From Candidatus Nomurabacteria bacterium RIFOXYD2_FULL_35_12 (GTDB lineage Bacteria > Patescibacteriota > Minisyncoccia > Phycocordibacterales > UBA9973), in the NCBI GenBank assembly GCA_001786365.1, contig MFWK01000022.1, positions 15,087 to 79,086 on the forward strand: 64,000 bases of DNA. Reading direction: 5' to 3'. The notes below the pieces were generated by a model. That model did not search any database. It was not told where the DNA came from and was given only the letters and a program-made list of their open reading frames with translations. Shown here piece by piece: positions 38,054 through 49,664 of this stretch (positions within the stretch are counted from its first letter, which is position 1; the number at the start of each line of letters is the position of its first letter). The position numbers and the translations under genes were made by a program.

Positions 38054-39736
38054 TTAGTAAACCTCTTGCTGATAGCATTTCTCACAAAAAATTATCTCTG
38101 ACCGGTCTGGAGAATATGGTGTCTCAAATTTATTTTTACATCCACCCTTCATACATTTCCTATGCCAAAGTTTATTTGGTCCCCTATTTTTAAATCGTCT
38201 TGTATGTCTACACTCAGGGCAATTTCGCGGAATCGGTATATTCATTCTTTTATAAAAAATAAGTTCGTCTGTAATTATCCGATAATTTTTTTCACATTCT
38301 ATGCATACAAAAACTTCTTTATTCACGTCAAAATCTTTTGGTAATTCCAAAATAGAATCTGGAAAATTTTTCCAATCTATGGTTTCTTTACCAAAAGTGC
38401 CACGTGATGTGTCTTCCCATTTAAATCCTTGTTTTAGAGCTTCTTCTTTATTTAATGGAAACTCATCCATTACCGAAGATTCATTGTATCCAAGCGGAGC
38501 AAATTCTTTAGGGAAAAATTCCCCATAAATTCCTTCCTTTTTCATTTTCTCAATAATTTCAACGCGCAATTTCTCATATTCTTCTTTTGTGTATTGCTTA
38601 TTTAAAATGCAATAAGAGCCTTGAATCAAACCTGCACACCCAAAACAATTATTAGAATTAGGACAATTTAAACAATATTCCATAAAATTAGATTCCCAAC
38701 AATAATAACTGCAAATCACATTAGCGCATTGCATTCCAATGTTTAAAGAGTTGTAAATTAGTTCAGCTGTACGTCCGGCAGTATTACAATCCATACAATT
38801 TTTTGCTTCACGCCAAACATGAATAGAATAAGCATTATCTTCCGCATCATAAGAATGAAAACAATGCTTATTATTTCTAACATTCTTCATATAATTACCC
38901 GTAGAATTGACAGCATTTGTAATTTCCGCAAATTTTCTGGGCTTGTCTTTAATAAAATCTGCGAATTCTTTTTTAAAACTCTCAACACCAGAATAAGTGT
39001 CTAGCTTAAAAGATTTTAATTTTTTCTCGTATTCTTCTTTTGTGTATGGTTTATTAAAAATATGATATTTTTGTTCCCTTAAATTTATACATCCAAGACA
39101 GCTTGTACATCCCCTACAATCAAGCAGAAAAAAACTATCTAGACAGTTGTAACAACCTTTTGACCAACGCAAAGAATGACAATCATAACAATCGTCGACT
39201 TCATAAGAAAGTTCAACTTGATTCGTAAAAGAACAATCTGTTAAATCTTTTGAAAGCTGTATCCAATAGCAGTTCGTGCAATTTTCATTGTTAGAAGATT
39301 CCATAATCATGTAACAATTTTTTGTATCAGCAGTATGGTTAAGATATTCAGAATTAACACTGTTCATATGGACGAGAGCAGGTTTTGGAACTTTCTGCCA
39401 CAATTCATTGAACTGCTCAAAAAAAGATTTTTTAGGATTATATTCCAACGCATAATCTTTACCCTGCAAATCATCACTACGCCAACATTTGTGACACCAT
39501 ACGGGATAAGTCTTGTTGGCGCTAAACATAGAGATGGTGTTTTTTTTACAATTATCGCAGACACGTTTATATAGAAACCTTTCATTCCTAAAAATTAGCC
39601 GAAGCTGTGAACGGCACTCTGGACAAAGCTTTGGTGGAAGTACTCCCATCTTTTCATAAAATCCAAAGTCATTCGGCTCTATAGTAAAGTATTTTTTGCA
39701 GTTCTGACATATTTTATTTTCTACTATATACGCCAT
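38054..39736 (-). CDS. Cys-rich multi-zinc-ribbon protein, paralog 3
   Basis: 560 aa. N-terminal CQNCKKYFTIEPNDFGFYEKMGVLPPKLCPECR; internal repeats ending YCILNKQYTKEEYEKL; C-terminal CPECRH...CMKGGCKNKFETPYSPDRSEIIFCEKCYQQEVY. Confidence 0.6.
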   Translation of the reverse strand: MAYIVENKICQNCKKYFTIEPNDFGFYEKMGVLPPKLCPECRSQLRLIFRNERFLYKRVCDNCKKNTISMFSANKTYPVWCHKCWRSDDLQGKDYALEYNPKKSFFEQFNELWQKVPKPALVHMNSVNSEYLNHTADTKNCYMIMESSNNENCTNCYWIQLSKDLTDCSFTNQVELSYEVDDCYDCHSLRWSKGCYNCLDSFFLLDCRGCTSCLGCINLREQKYHIFNKPYTKEEYEKKLKSFKLDTYSGVESFKKEFADFIKDKPRKFAEITNAVNSTGNYMKNVRNNKHCFHSYDAEDNAYSIHVWREAKNCMDCNTAGRTAELIYNSLNIGMQCANVICSYYCWESNFMEYCLNCPNSNNCFGCAGLIQGSYCILNKQYTKEEYEKLRVEIIEKMKKEGIYGEFFPKEFAPLGYNESSVMDEFPLNKEEALKQGFKWEDTSRGTFGKETIDWKNFPDSILELPKDFDVNKEVFVCIECEKNYRIITDELIFYKRMNIPIPRNCPECRHTRRFKNRGPNKLWHRKCMKGGCKNKFETPYSPDRSEIIFCEKCYQQEVY

Positions 39737-39751
39737 GGCTGATATATAATT

Positions 39752-40474
39752 TTATAATTTTTCTGGAATAATCAAAGCTACTGATTCCATCAAAGTTTTA
39801 GCTGAACTTCCCGGCATACGCAAAAACTCGCGAACTTTGAAAATATGCTCAAAAATTCTAGTGTCAAGGGGCATCCTTGACATCTTGCTATGTAAAACGG
39901 ATTCTAGTGTGTTTAAGAGCTTTAGGGCTTTTGAACGATTAGATTCTATACTTATTTCTTCCTCACTTTCCTCTTCTTTCTTTGGTAATAATTCTTTTAT
40001 AAAATCAATCCTTCTTTGCAAAGGCATATTTATAAATTTCTCCCCGACGTTTTCAGTCGGGGCCCCGACCTCTTCGAGCGTCGGGGCTGCCTTTATTAAA
40101 TAAAATCTAGAAACTAAAGTTTTTAAAAGAGTATTAATATCTGGCACCACAAGAAAAAAATGCGTATTTTCTATCGGCTCTTCAAACATTTTCAATAAAA
40201 CATTTTGCGCATCTAAAGAAAAACTATTTACACTAATCACAAATACTTTTTTAAAAGAAGAAAAAGCTTTGTTGGTAGACATTGAGCGTAAATCAAAAGC
40301 CTCATCAATTTTAAAATTATCTATCGAAATATGGCAAAAATCAGGATTGCCAGAAGTTTTTATATCTAAACTTTCACAAAATTCTAAAATCTCAGGCACA
40401 ACTTTTTCCCTATCTCCTTCTATGAGGTATGCATGATGCAAATTATCTTTATTTAAATGCCTAGCTAAGTTCAT
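39752..40474 (-). CDS. holB: DNA polymerase III delta-prime subunit-like clamp-loader protein
   Basis: 240 aa. HAYLIEGD...LLKMFEEP...VSRF pattern of HolB. Carries the in-frame family B element (APTLEEVGAPTENVG). Confidence 0.65.
   Translation of the reverse strand: MNLARHLNKDNLHHAYLIEGDREKVVPEILEFCESLDIKTSGNPDFCHISIDNFKIDEAFDLRSMSTNKAFSSFKKVFVISVNSFSLDAQNVLLKMFEEPIENTHFFLVVPDINTLLKTLVSRFYLIKAAPTLEEVGAPTENVGEKFINMPLQRRIDFIKELLPKKEEESEEEISIESNRSKALKLLNTLESVLHSKMSRMPLDTRIFEHIFKVREFLRMPGSSAKTLMESVALIIPEKL
40032..40076. repeat. Family B GC-rich double-hairpin element, copy B1 (in-frame inside holB)
   Basis: CCCCGACGTTTTCAGTCGGGGCCCCGACCTCTTCGAGCGTCGGGG: two tandem CCCGAC/GTCGGG hairpins, highly GC-rich. 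Confidence 0.75.
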
Positions 40475-40529
40475 AAAGTTATAAAGTTCTTAAGGTTGTA
40501 AAGTTTGAAAAATTAAATAGTTCTTAAGA

Positions 40530-40649
40530 AAAGCCTTGCGCAGGAGCTTAGAAAATAAATGAGGTAATCCGAATATTATTTTCTTGAGCGACGAGCAGTT
40601 CGCTGGCGAAGCTTCGCCAGATAGATTGCTTTTCGAGAGAAGCTATTTA
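40530..40649. repeat. Family F ~120-bp repeat, copy F1 (candidate structured RNA or MITE)
   Basis: AAAGCCTTGCGCAGGAGCTTAGAAAATAAA...TATTATTTTCTTGAGCGACGAGCAGTTCGCTGGCGAAGCTTCGCCAGATAGATTGCTTTT. About 90% identical to 48327..48445 and to the reverse complement of 61409..61511. Confidence 0.8.
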
Positions 40650-40662
40650 GTTTTTCAAAGAA

Positions 40663-41676
40663 CTACTTTTTGCTTAAAACTGTTTTTTTATACACGTCCA
40701 AATGATCGAGAGCTATACCTGTGCCTTTTACTACACAGAAAAGAGGATCCTCAGCCAAAGCAGCCTTTACTCCAGTCTTTCTATAAACCAAATCAGTGAA
40801 ATTTCGAAGTTGAGAAGAACCTCCAGTCATGATTATTCCTTGATCAATAATATCTGAGGCTAATTCTGGCGGAGTTTCTTGCAATACATCTTTGATAGCT
40901 TGAATTATTTGTTTTAGTTCTCCATCTATCGCTTTGACTATTTCATTTGTTCCCACTCGCGCTGACCTAGGCAAGCCTTGAATAAAATCCCTACCTTTTA
41001 TCGTCACACTGAGCTCTTCTTCTAAAAGCACCGCTGCACCGATTTTAATTTTTACTTCTTCGGCTGTCCTATCACCGATAGCTAAGTTAAAAGTTTTTTT
41101 AATATAATCAGCTATAGCGCCATCTATTTTATTTCCAGCGCACTTTACTGATTTAGAGGCCACAATTCCGCCAAGCGAAATGACTGCTACGTCTGTCGTG
41201 CCCCCACCTATGTCCACAACCATATGCCCTTTCGATTCATAAATTGGAATTCCCGCGCCGATGGCTGCTAAGATAGGCTCTTTGACTACATAAGCATTCT
41301 TTGCACCAGCGCGAATTGCAGCTTCTATGACTGCTCGCCTCTCTGTACTCGTGACTCCTGCAGGAACCGAAACCATCACATCCGGTTTGAAAAAATTAAA
41401 TTTCCCCATCGCTTTATTTATAAAATAACGAAGCATTGCCTCAGTCACACGATAATCTGCTATGACTCCATCTTTCATCGGGCAATAAGTAATGATAGAT
41501 TCTGGGGTCTTTCCAATCATATCTTTGGCTTCAAAACCAATAGCTAGAATTTTATTGTCTTGTTCAGAAACCGCTACAACAGAAGGCTCGTTTAGAATAA
41601 TTCCTTTTCCAGGTAAAAAGACCAAAGTATTGGCTGTTCCTAAATCTATGCCTAGTTTTTTCGTAAAAATACCCAT
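40663..41676 (-). CDS. mreB: Rod shape-determining protein MreB
   Basis: 337 aa. GIDLGTANTLV, DIGGGTTD actin-fold motifs. Confidence 0.9.
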   Translation of the reverse strand: MGIFTKKLGIDLGTANTLVFLPGKGIILNEPSVVAVSEQDNKILAIGFEAKDMIGKTPESIITYCPMKDGVIADYRVTEAMLRYFINKAMGKFNFFKPDVMVSVPAGVTSTERRAVIEAAIRAGAKNAYVVKEPILAAIGAGIPIYESKGHMVVDIGGGTTDVAVISLGGIVASKSVKCAGNKIDGAIADYIKKTFNLAIGDRTAEEVKIKIGAAVLLEEELSVTIKGRDFIQGLPRSARVGTNEIVKAIDGELKQIIQAIKDVLQETPPELASDIIDQGIIMTGGSSQLRNFTDLVYRKTGVKAALAEDPLFCVVKGTGIALDHLDVYKKTVLSKK

Positions 41677-41794
41677 CCCGTTTAGAAGCAGGTCGCGGTC
41701 AACAAACCTCGACTTTGCTTAGTTATGTTATTAAATTTTTTATCTTTTATAAACATGATTCTTATATAAAACTGCGACCGTGGCTTCTAACGGG
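41677..41794. repeat. Family A MITE-like element, copy A3
   Basis: CCCGTTTAGAAGCAGGTCGCGGTC...GCGACCGTGGCTTCTAACGGG. The left end directly abuts the mreB start codon (41676). Confidence 0.75.
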
Positions 41795-41836
41795 ACCCAT
41801 GAGCCTATGTTATCATATTTATGTTAAAATCAAAGA

Positions 41837-42172
41837 ATGGATGACGAAGAAAAAAATGATATAGAAAACAATCTCAAAAACCCATTTATAGGATATTTGG
41901 CAAATTTAAAGAAACATAAACAAGCCATAAACCCTGTTCATGAAATTGTAAATTGCTATTATAAAATGAATGGCTGGGAAAAAATGCCAAAAGATTTTTA
42001 TACCGGTAGATATGCTTATAATAAGCTCGCGAAAGAAGCAAAAATGCTCTACCAAGCTTGTAATGAAGTTTTAGATGATGCTATTTGGGCTTTAGACAAA
42101 ATGAAATACCTCGCCGAGAAAGGCAAATTCGACTGGTCTATAATCACCTGTTTGAAACACAAATTAAAATAG
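41837..42172 (+). CDS. Hypothetical protein
   Basis: 111 aa ORF, no recognisable motif. Confidence 0.3.
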   Translation: MDDEEKNDIENNLKNPFIGYLANLKKHKQAINPVHEIVNCYYKMNGWEKMPKDFYTGRYAYNKLAKEAKMLYQACNEVLDDAIWALDKMKYLAEKGKFDWSIITCLKHKLK

Positions 42173-42173
42173 T

Positions 42174-42878
42174 TTAAGAAACAATTACTGTAAATTCCCC
42201 TCTTTGCTTGTCAGGATTTTTATTGAAATATTCTAAAATTTCGTGTGGTAAACCAGTTTTAAATTCTTCATAGATTTTTGTCAATTCGCGAGCTACGCAG
42301 ACTTTTTTATGAGGGCAAAATTCAACAAGCGATGCTAATGTTTTTAAAATTCTGTGAGGAGATTCATAAAATACCATCGTGCGTTCAGAAATTGCTATTT
42401 CTTTAAATAAAGTTTCTCTGCCTTTCTTGTGCGGAAGAAAACCAAGAAAAGTAAATTCATGAATAGGCATTCCTGATGCAGAAAGCGCGGCAATAACGGC
42501 TGAAGCTCCAGGGATTGGAATCACTTGAACTTCTTCATTGGTAAATTTTTCTTTTATTCTAGAAACGAGCATTGAGCCCGGGTCTGATATTGTGGGAGTG
42601 CCAGCATCAGAAACCAATGCAACATTTTTCCCGTCGTATAATAATTTAAAAATTTTATCTAATTTCTCATTCTTTCCGAGTTTATAATCAGCTCCAGCTA
42701 CATCGTCAGACGGATAGCTCATCGTTTCTTTATTTATTTCATATTTATTTAAAATTTTCTTTGTCTCTCGCGTATCTTCACACAATATCAAATCCACGCT
42801 TTTAAGCGTCTCGATAGCTCGGAGTGTGATGTCTCCCATATTTCCTATCGGCGTCGCCACAACATAAAATTTAGACAT
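42174..42878 (-). CDS. rsmI: 16S rRNA (cytidine1402-2'-O)-methyltransferase
   Basis: 234 aa. FYVVATPIGNMGDITLRAIETLKSVDLILCEDTR tetrapyrrole-methylase fold of RsmI. Confidence 0.85.
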   Translation of the reverse strand: MSKFYVVATPIGNMGDITLRAIETLKSVDLILCEDTRETKKILNKYEINKETMSYPSDDVAGADYKLGKNEKLDKIFKLLYDGKNVALVSDAGTPTISDPGSMLVSRIKEKFTNEEVQVIPIPGASAVIAALSASGMPIHEFTFLGFLPHKKGRETLFKEIAISERTMVFYESPHRILKTLASLVEFCPHKKVCVARELTKIYEEFKTGLPHEILEYFNKNPDKQRGEFTVIVS

Positions 42879-42883
42879 AAATT

Positions 42884-43330
42884 TTATTTCCTATACTTTC
42901 TAGTTCTCCACTTGTCTGCAATCTTAACACGAGTGAGTGAACGTTCGAGTTCAGCTTCAAAATGCTCAAAGTCCACATGGTCTTTGTTTTCCATTTGTTT
43001 TTCCAATTCAATAGCACGAGCTTTTGCTTTTTCTATTTTTTCATCTGAAATTTCAGACACATGTTCGGCAAAGTCCGCCAAAATAGCGACTTCGGTAATT
43101 TTATTTTCACCTTGTTTTATTTCCATAAACCCTCCAGCAACTGCCATCGGAACATGTTCACCATTTACGACAGCCACAATATCTCCAGATGCAAGACCTG
43201 CAATGAGTGGAATATGTTCCGGCAAAATGGTTATCTCACCTTCCGTAGTAGGCAAAGTGACTTGATCTACCATTTCTTCCAGAACTAGTCTTTCTGGGGT
43301 GATTATTTTAAGTTTTAATTGTTTTGACAT
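42884..43330 (-). CDS. atpC: F1 ATP synthase epsilon subunit
   Basis: 148 aa. LKLKIITPERLVLEEMVDQVTLPTTEGEITILPEH... beta-sandwich plus C-terminal helices. Confidence 0.8.
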   Translation of the reverse strand: MSKQLKLKIITPERLVLEEMVDQVTLPTTEGEITILPEHIPLIAGLASGDIVAVVNGEHVPMAVAGGFMEIKQGENKITEVAILADFAEHVSEISDEKIEKAKARAIELEKQMENKDHVDFEHFEAELERSLTRVKIADKWRTRKYRK

Positions 43331-43455
43331 AAATTTTTGACTTTAAAATTTTTAAATAGTGCTTTTAAAAATCGTACGGAGGCCGACGGGCCGAAGTCTT
43401 AGCAAAAATTTAGTAAAATTTTATGCGGGTTTTTAAAAGTACCTATTTAAAAATT

Positions 43456-44856
<1,401 letters not shown>

Positions 44857-45861
44857 TTAACTTACACTTGCCATACCCGCACTGATTTCTGATATTTCCC
44901 TAGTAATGTTTCCCTGCCTTGCTTTATTGAACACCAGGGTCAGATCATCTATCATTTCTCCTGAAGCATCAGAAGCATTTTTCATTGCGACCATTCGACT
45001 CGACTGTTCAGAAGCATTTGATTCGAGCAACATTTGATAAATCTGCATCCTTGTAATCTTCTCCGCGAGTGACCCTATCAATGTGTTCATGTCTCCTTCT
45101 ATTAAATAACTTATACTTTTTTCTCTCCCGACGCTTTCGGTCGGGACTCCGACCTCTCCAGGCGTCGGAGCTAAATTGTTTATTAAATCTTGTAATTCTG
45201 TTTTAGATACAGGCAATATTTGTTTTATATTTGGCTTCTGATTTAAAGCGGAAATAAAATCAGTATAAGCTACTAAAACTTTATCGTAATGAAGAAGGAT
45301 ATATTCATCTATGGTAAATTTTGAAATTGGAACAACTTCTGTCAAAGAAATATTATTGCTCAAATCTGCAAAAGTGGCAACGACATTTACTCCGAGTCTG
45401 CGCATCGCCACATCTCCTTTTTTACCGACAGAAACAATATCTACCCCGTTAGAAGCAGGTCGCCCCGAGGTGACCGTAGCACTCTCGTGCTCGAGAGAGC
45501 GGCTTCTAACGGGGTCTAAATTTATGTTTTGACTTTTTAAAAATGAAATCGTTTTTTTAATAACTTGCGCATTATAAGATCCACACAAACCCCTGTTTGA
45601 TGTAATGAGCACAAGCAACACATTTGCTTTTACCCCACCTTTCTTTTCTCTTTCAGTAAAAAGTGGATGGGAATTCTCCTCTATATTTTTAGCTATTGAT
45701 GTAAGAACTTCCCACGAATATCCAGCATAAAGACGTGACGCCAAAGTAGAAGCCACCGCACGCTTCATCTTACTAGCAGCCACGAGCTCCATCGCTTTCG
45801 TGATTTTCTTTGTGTTCTTTACAGACTTTATGCGTCGTTTTATTTCTTTAGTTCCCGCCAT
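44857..45861 (-). CDS. atpG: F1 ATP synthase gamma subunit (with two in-frame repeat-element insertions)
   Basis: Conserved N-terminus MAGTKEIKRRIKSVKNTKKITKAMELVAASKMKRA at 45861 (the ORF track's upstream extension to 45954 is unlikely). Inserts encode LDPVRSRSLEHESATVTSGRPASNG (family A) and APTPGEVGVPTESVG (family B). Confidence 0.85.
   Translation of the reverse strand: MAGTKEIKRRIKSVKNTKKITKAMELVAASKMKRAVASTLASRLYAGYSWEVLTSIAKNIEENSHPLFTEREKKGGVKANVLLVLITSNRGLCGSYNAQVIKKTISFLKSQNINLDPVRSRSLEHESATVTSGRPASNGVDIVSVGKKGDVAMRRLGVNVVATFADLSNNISLTEVVPISKFTIDEYILLHYDKVLVAYTDFISALNQKPNIKQILPVSKTELQDLINNLAPTPGEVGVPTESVGREKSISYLIEGDMNTLIGSLAEKITRMQIYQMLLESNASEQSSRMVAMKNASDASGEMIDDLTLVFNKARQGNITREISEISAGMASVS
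45127..45168. repeat. Family B element, copy B2 (in-frame inside atpG)
   Basis: CCCGACGCTTTCGGTCGGGACTCCGACCTCTCCAGGCGTCGG. Same architecture and reading frame (A-P-T...VG..TE.VG) as B1 and B4. Confidence 0.75.
45444..45514. repeat. Family A element, copy A4 (in-frame inside atpG)
   Basis: CCCCGTTAGAAGCAGGTCGCCCCGAGGTGACCGTAGCACTCTCGTGCTCGAGAGAGCGGCTTCTAACGGGG. Termini match A1/A3, and the interior holds nested palindromes. Confidence 0.7.
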
Positions 45862-45922
45862 TTGATATTTCTTTTGCCTGTCCCGTACGAAGCTTTGCTT
45901 TCGTTCGGGATACCGGCCATAA

Positions 45923-47425
45923 TTATTTACTAAAACCCATCTTAAAATCACCAATTACTTTTTTTAATTCTACTTCGCCTTTATCTGTCCACATTTTGGA
46001 CTCTTTGATTTCTTTGTAGAAAGTTTTTGCATGACGCTCACTGTATTCTATAAGTCCTTGCTCAAATTCTTTTATTTTATCAATAGAAACATCATCCATA
46101 AGCCCTTTTGTGAGAGCATAAAGTGTAACAATTTGATTTTCAATTTTCATCGGAGAATATTGAAGTTGTTTCAAAACTTCCACAGCTCTTTTACCCCTTT
46201 CAAGTTGTTTCTTTGTAGATTCATCAAGGTCGGAACCGAATTGAGCAAATGCTTCAAGTTCGCGGAATTGCGCAAGGTCAAGCTTTAATGTTCCAGCCAC
46301 TTTTTTCATTCCTTTTATTTGCGCGCTAGAACCGACACGAGAAACAGAAAGACCGACGTTTACAGCCGGACGGATACCTTTATAGAAAAGATCTGTTTCC
46401 AAAAAGATTTGTCCATCGGTAATAGAAATAACGTTTGTCGGAATATAAGCAGACACGTCGCCAGCTTGCGTCTCCACTATCGGAAGCGCAGTGATAGAAC
46501 CACCGCCATATTTTGCATTTCTTCGGCAAGCGCGTTCTAGTAAACGAGAGTGTAAATAGAAAACATCTCCTGGATACGCTTCACGTCCTGGTGGTCGGCG
46601 GAGAAGAAGAGAAATTTCACGATATGCCACAGCATGTTTAGAAAGATCATCATAAATAATTAAAACATCTTTTCCTTGATCCATAAAATATTCCGCAATA
46701 GAAACTCCGGCATAAGGAGCAATATATGACATTGAAGCAGCTTCTGATGCTCCAGCTGAAACTATAACTGTATAATCCATAGCACCACCGGCTTCCAACC
46801 TTGCTCCTAATTTTCGAAGCTTGGAATCCTTTTGACCAATAGAAACATAAACGCAAATCATATTTTGACCCTTTTGATTTAAAATTGCATCGATAGCGAT
46901 AGCTGTCTTTCCTGTTTGTCTATCACCAATGATGAGCTCACGTTGACCACGGCCGATTGGAATAATGGCATCGATAACTTTGATACCGGTAGCAACCGCT
47001 TGGTCCACACTTTGTCTAGTGACAACTCCTGGAGCCACCTTTTCAATTGGATATGTTTTTGAGGCTTTGATTGCTCCTTTTCCATCAATCGGCGCACCAA
47101 TAGCATTTACCACTCTGCCTAAAATACTGTCTCCTACTGGTATTTCCAAAATTTTTCCGGTTGCTTTTACTTCATCTCCTTCTTTAATTTTTGAAAAGTC
47201 TCCTAGAATAATTACTCCGACTGCATCTTCTTCCAAATTGAGCGCCACACCGACTTCACCATTTGGAAAAGTCACCATTTCGGATGATTTGATATCGGAA
47301 AGTCCAGAAACCTTCGCAATACCATCAAAAACCTCTATTACTTGACCTACCTTTTCAACTTTTAATTGAAGTGAAAAATTATCTATCTCCTTTTTTAAAT
47401 TTTCTACTATTGTGTTGCTGTTCAT
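45923..47425 (-). CDS. atpA: F1 ATP synthase alpha subunit
   Basis: 500 aa. Walker A GDRQTGKT. Confidence 0.95.
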   Translation of the reverse strand: MNSNTIVENLKKEIDNFSLQLKVEKVGQVIEVFDGIAKVSGLSDIKSSEMVTFPNGEVGVALNLEEDAVGVIILGDFSKIKEGDEVKATGKILEIPVGDSILGRVVNAIGAPIDGKGAIKASKTYPIEKVAPGVVTRQSVDQAVATGIKVIDAIIPIGRGQRELIIGDRQTGKTAIAIDAILNQKGQNMICVYVSIGQKDSKLRKLGARLEAGGAMDYTVIVSAGASEAASMSYIAPYAGVSIAEYFMDQGKDVLIIYDDLSKHAVAYREISLLLRRPPGREAYPGDVFYLHSRLLERACRRNAKYGGGSITALPIVETQAGDVSAYIPTNVISITDGQIFLETDLFYKGIRPAVNVGLSVSRVGSSAQIKGMKKVAGTLKLDLAQFRELEAFAQFGSDLDESTKKQLERGKRAVEVLKQLQYSPMKIENQIVTLYALTKGLMDDVSIDKIKEFEQGLIEYSERHAKTFYKEIKESKMWTDKGEVELKKVIGDFKMGFSK

Positions 47426-47829
47426 ACTTTTATTAAATATTCTTGTAATTTTTCAATTTTATTTTTAATCGATAGGTCAATAACTTCATCATTCACTTCT
47501 ATTTTTAATCCACCTAATAATTTTTTATCTATATATTCCTTGAGAACAACTTCTTTTACTAAATAACGTTTCTTTAAAGTTTGTTCTAGATGTGTTTTAA
47601 CCTGATGACTGAGTGCTTCCACACTTGATATCTTCACTTCTAATCTCCCATCTGCATTGTTTATTATTTTTTTTAATCTAGAAAGTATATCAGGAGCTTT
47701 AGAAAGTAAACGTCTACGAAATAAAAATTTAACAACTTTTTCAGATATATTTTTTTGCTCAGAACTACTCTTATCTTTAAACATAAGGTAGATTGCGCGA
47801 GCTATGTCATTGTTTGATGTTGTTGTCAT
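47422..47829 (-). CDS. atpH: F1 ATP synthase delta subunit (OSCP)
   Basis: 135 aa, position between atpF and atpA, helical N-domain. Short for delta, hence moderate confidence. Confidence 0.65.
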   Translation of the reverse strand: MTTTSNNDIARAIYLMFKDKSSSEQKNISEKVVKFLFRRRLLSKAPDILSRLKKIINNADGRLEVKISSVEALSHQVKTHLEQTLKKRYLVKEVVLKEYIDKKLLGGLKIEVNDEVIDLSIKNKIEKLQEYLIKV

Positions 47830-48290
47830 TATAAATTATTCAAGTCTTTTTTACTCCCAAGTATCTTTTCTGTAGCTTTCATCGCAATATCAACAATTTC
47901 TTTTCTTGCTGATTCGACTATGGCTTTTTTATCAATCTCCATTTGTATAATTCTTTTCTTATTCCATTCATCATTGTCTTTCTTTATCCTCTCGAGATTT
48001 TCTATTTTTAATTTTTCCAAGTCTTTTTGAAGTTCTTTTTGAGCATCTGCAGAAATTTTTCTAAGTTTAATTGTATTTTCCTTATATTCTTCGCCAGCTT
48101 TCTCTAATAATCCGTTGGCTTTTTTTGAATCAATTAAACCTTTCTTTATCTTTTCTGTACGCTCGGCCATCAACTTGCCTAGTGGCTTTAAAGCAAACAT
48201 ATACAAAACAACAAAGACAATAATAAAATTTATCGCTTGAGCGATGATAATTTTCCAGTCTATGTGAAATGTAGAAATAATTGAATCCAT
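47829..48290 (-). CDS. atpF: Fo ATP synthase subunit b
   Basis: 153 aa. Single N-terminal TM helix then a long charged coiled coil. Confidence 0.75.
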   Translation of the reverse strand: MDSIISTFHIDWKIIIAQAINFIIVFVVLYMFALKPLGKLMAERTEKIKKGLIDSKKANGLLEKAGEEYKENTIKLRKISADAQKELQKDLEKLKIENLERIKKDNDEWNKKRIIQMEIDKKAIVESARKEIVDIAMKATEKILGSKKDLNNL

Positions 48291-48326
48291 TGTTTTTATT
48301 TAAAAAAATTAAAATAGTTCTTTTTA

Positions 48327-48445
48327 AAAGCCTTGCGCAGGAGCTTAGAAAATAAAAATGGTATTCCATTTATTATTTTCTTGAGCGACGAGCAGTTCGC
48401 TGGCAAAGCTTTGCCAGATAGATTGCTTTTTAAAAGAAGCTATTT
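48327..48445. repeat. Family F ~120-bp repeat, copy F2 (between atpE and atpF)
   Basis: Same sequence as F1. Its central palindrome reads CTGGCAAAGCTTTGCCAG here. Confidence 0.8.
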
Positions 48446-48457
48446 TAAATTTTCAAA

Positions 48458-48735
<278 letters not shown>

Positions 48736-48771
48736 TTAATAATAATAATTTCGACTAATAATTTATAATAA

Positions 48772-49662
48772 TCACACTGATACTACCACATTTTCTTCAT
48801 GCTTTTCATGCTCATCATGTGCATCATGATCCGTGGCTGAAATTGTAAAATAAACAACCAAAAGCATTGAAAATATGAGAGCTTGAATGACTCCAACCAA
48901 TATTTCTAAAAATACGAATGGAATAGGTAAAATATAAGCAAAAATGGCTGCCATTGACGCCAAAAGGACTTCTCCGGCAAAAACGTTACCAAAAAGTCGG
49001 AACGACAATGATGCTATTTTTGCAAACTCACCGACAAGCTCGAGTAGACCGACAAAGAACGTGATTGGGGCGACAATAATTATCGTTTTGTCTTTTTTTA
49101 TCTTCGTAAATATCTGCCCCAGCGCTTTTAGATTAACATACTTGTTAAAAATTTTCCATATACCGATTGAAAAAATACCGAACAAATTTGCTCCAATAAC
49201 AGCCATGATGGCGAGAGCAATAGTGGTGTTCACATCGGCTGTGCCACCACGAAGAAATGGGATAAAAGCTAAACCGTGTTCACCTTTTTCTAAAAGTCCT
49301 AAACCACCGATCGGTAAAAGCCCTAGCCAATTGTTTATAAGAATAAAAAAGAAAACGGAAATAGCTATTGGAAAAACGATAACTGAGAGTGACCTATTGT
49401 TTGTCACTTGATCACATAGATCAAGCGCGCCTTCTACAACAATTTCAAAAACATTTTGTAAAACATTTGGAACTTCTTTTAATTTTTTTCGTAAAATTAC
49501 AGCAAGAATTATTATTATCAAAACTGCTAACCAGCTCGTGACGAGAGCATTTGTAAAAGTAAAATTATTTGTATGAAAAACAGGTTCTGCAAAAAGAGTA
49601 GTCTCGTAACTAATTTCCCCTCCTGTTTCTGTATTTACGTTTATTTCTTTTGCTTCTATCAT
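48772..49662 (-). CDS. atpB: Fo ATP synthase subunit a
   Basis: 296 aa polytopic membrane protein. Conserved Arg context LSFRLFGNVFAGE. Confidence 0.85.
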   Translation of the reverse strand: MIEAKEINVNTETGGEISYETTLFAEPVFHTNNFTFTNALVTSWLAVLIIIILAVILRKKLKEVPNVLQNVFEIVVEGALDLCDQVTNNRSLSVIVFPIAISVFFFILINNWLGLLPIGGLGLLEKGEHGLAFIPFLRGGTADVNTTIALAIMAVIGANLFGIFSIGIWKIFNKYVNLKALGQIFTKIKKDKTIIIVAPITFFVGLLELVGEFAKIASLSFRLFGNVFAGEVLLASMAAIFAYILPIPFVFLEILVGVIQALIFSMLLVVYFTISATDHDAHDEHEKHEENVVVSV

Positions 49663-49664
49663 TT

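Noticed and set aside
43371-43400. GGAGGCCGACGGGCCGAAG patch between atpD and atpC as a degenerate family B copy
   Set aside because: It shares only the CCGACG core and lacks the double-hairpin architecture. Too short to call.
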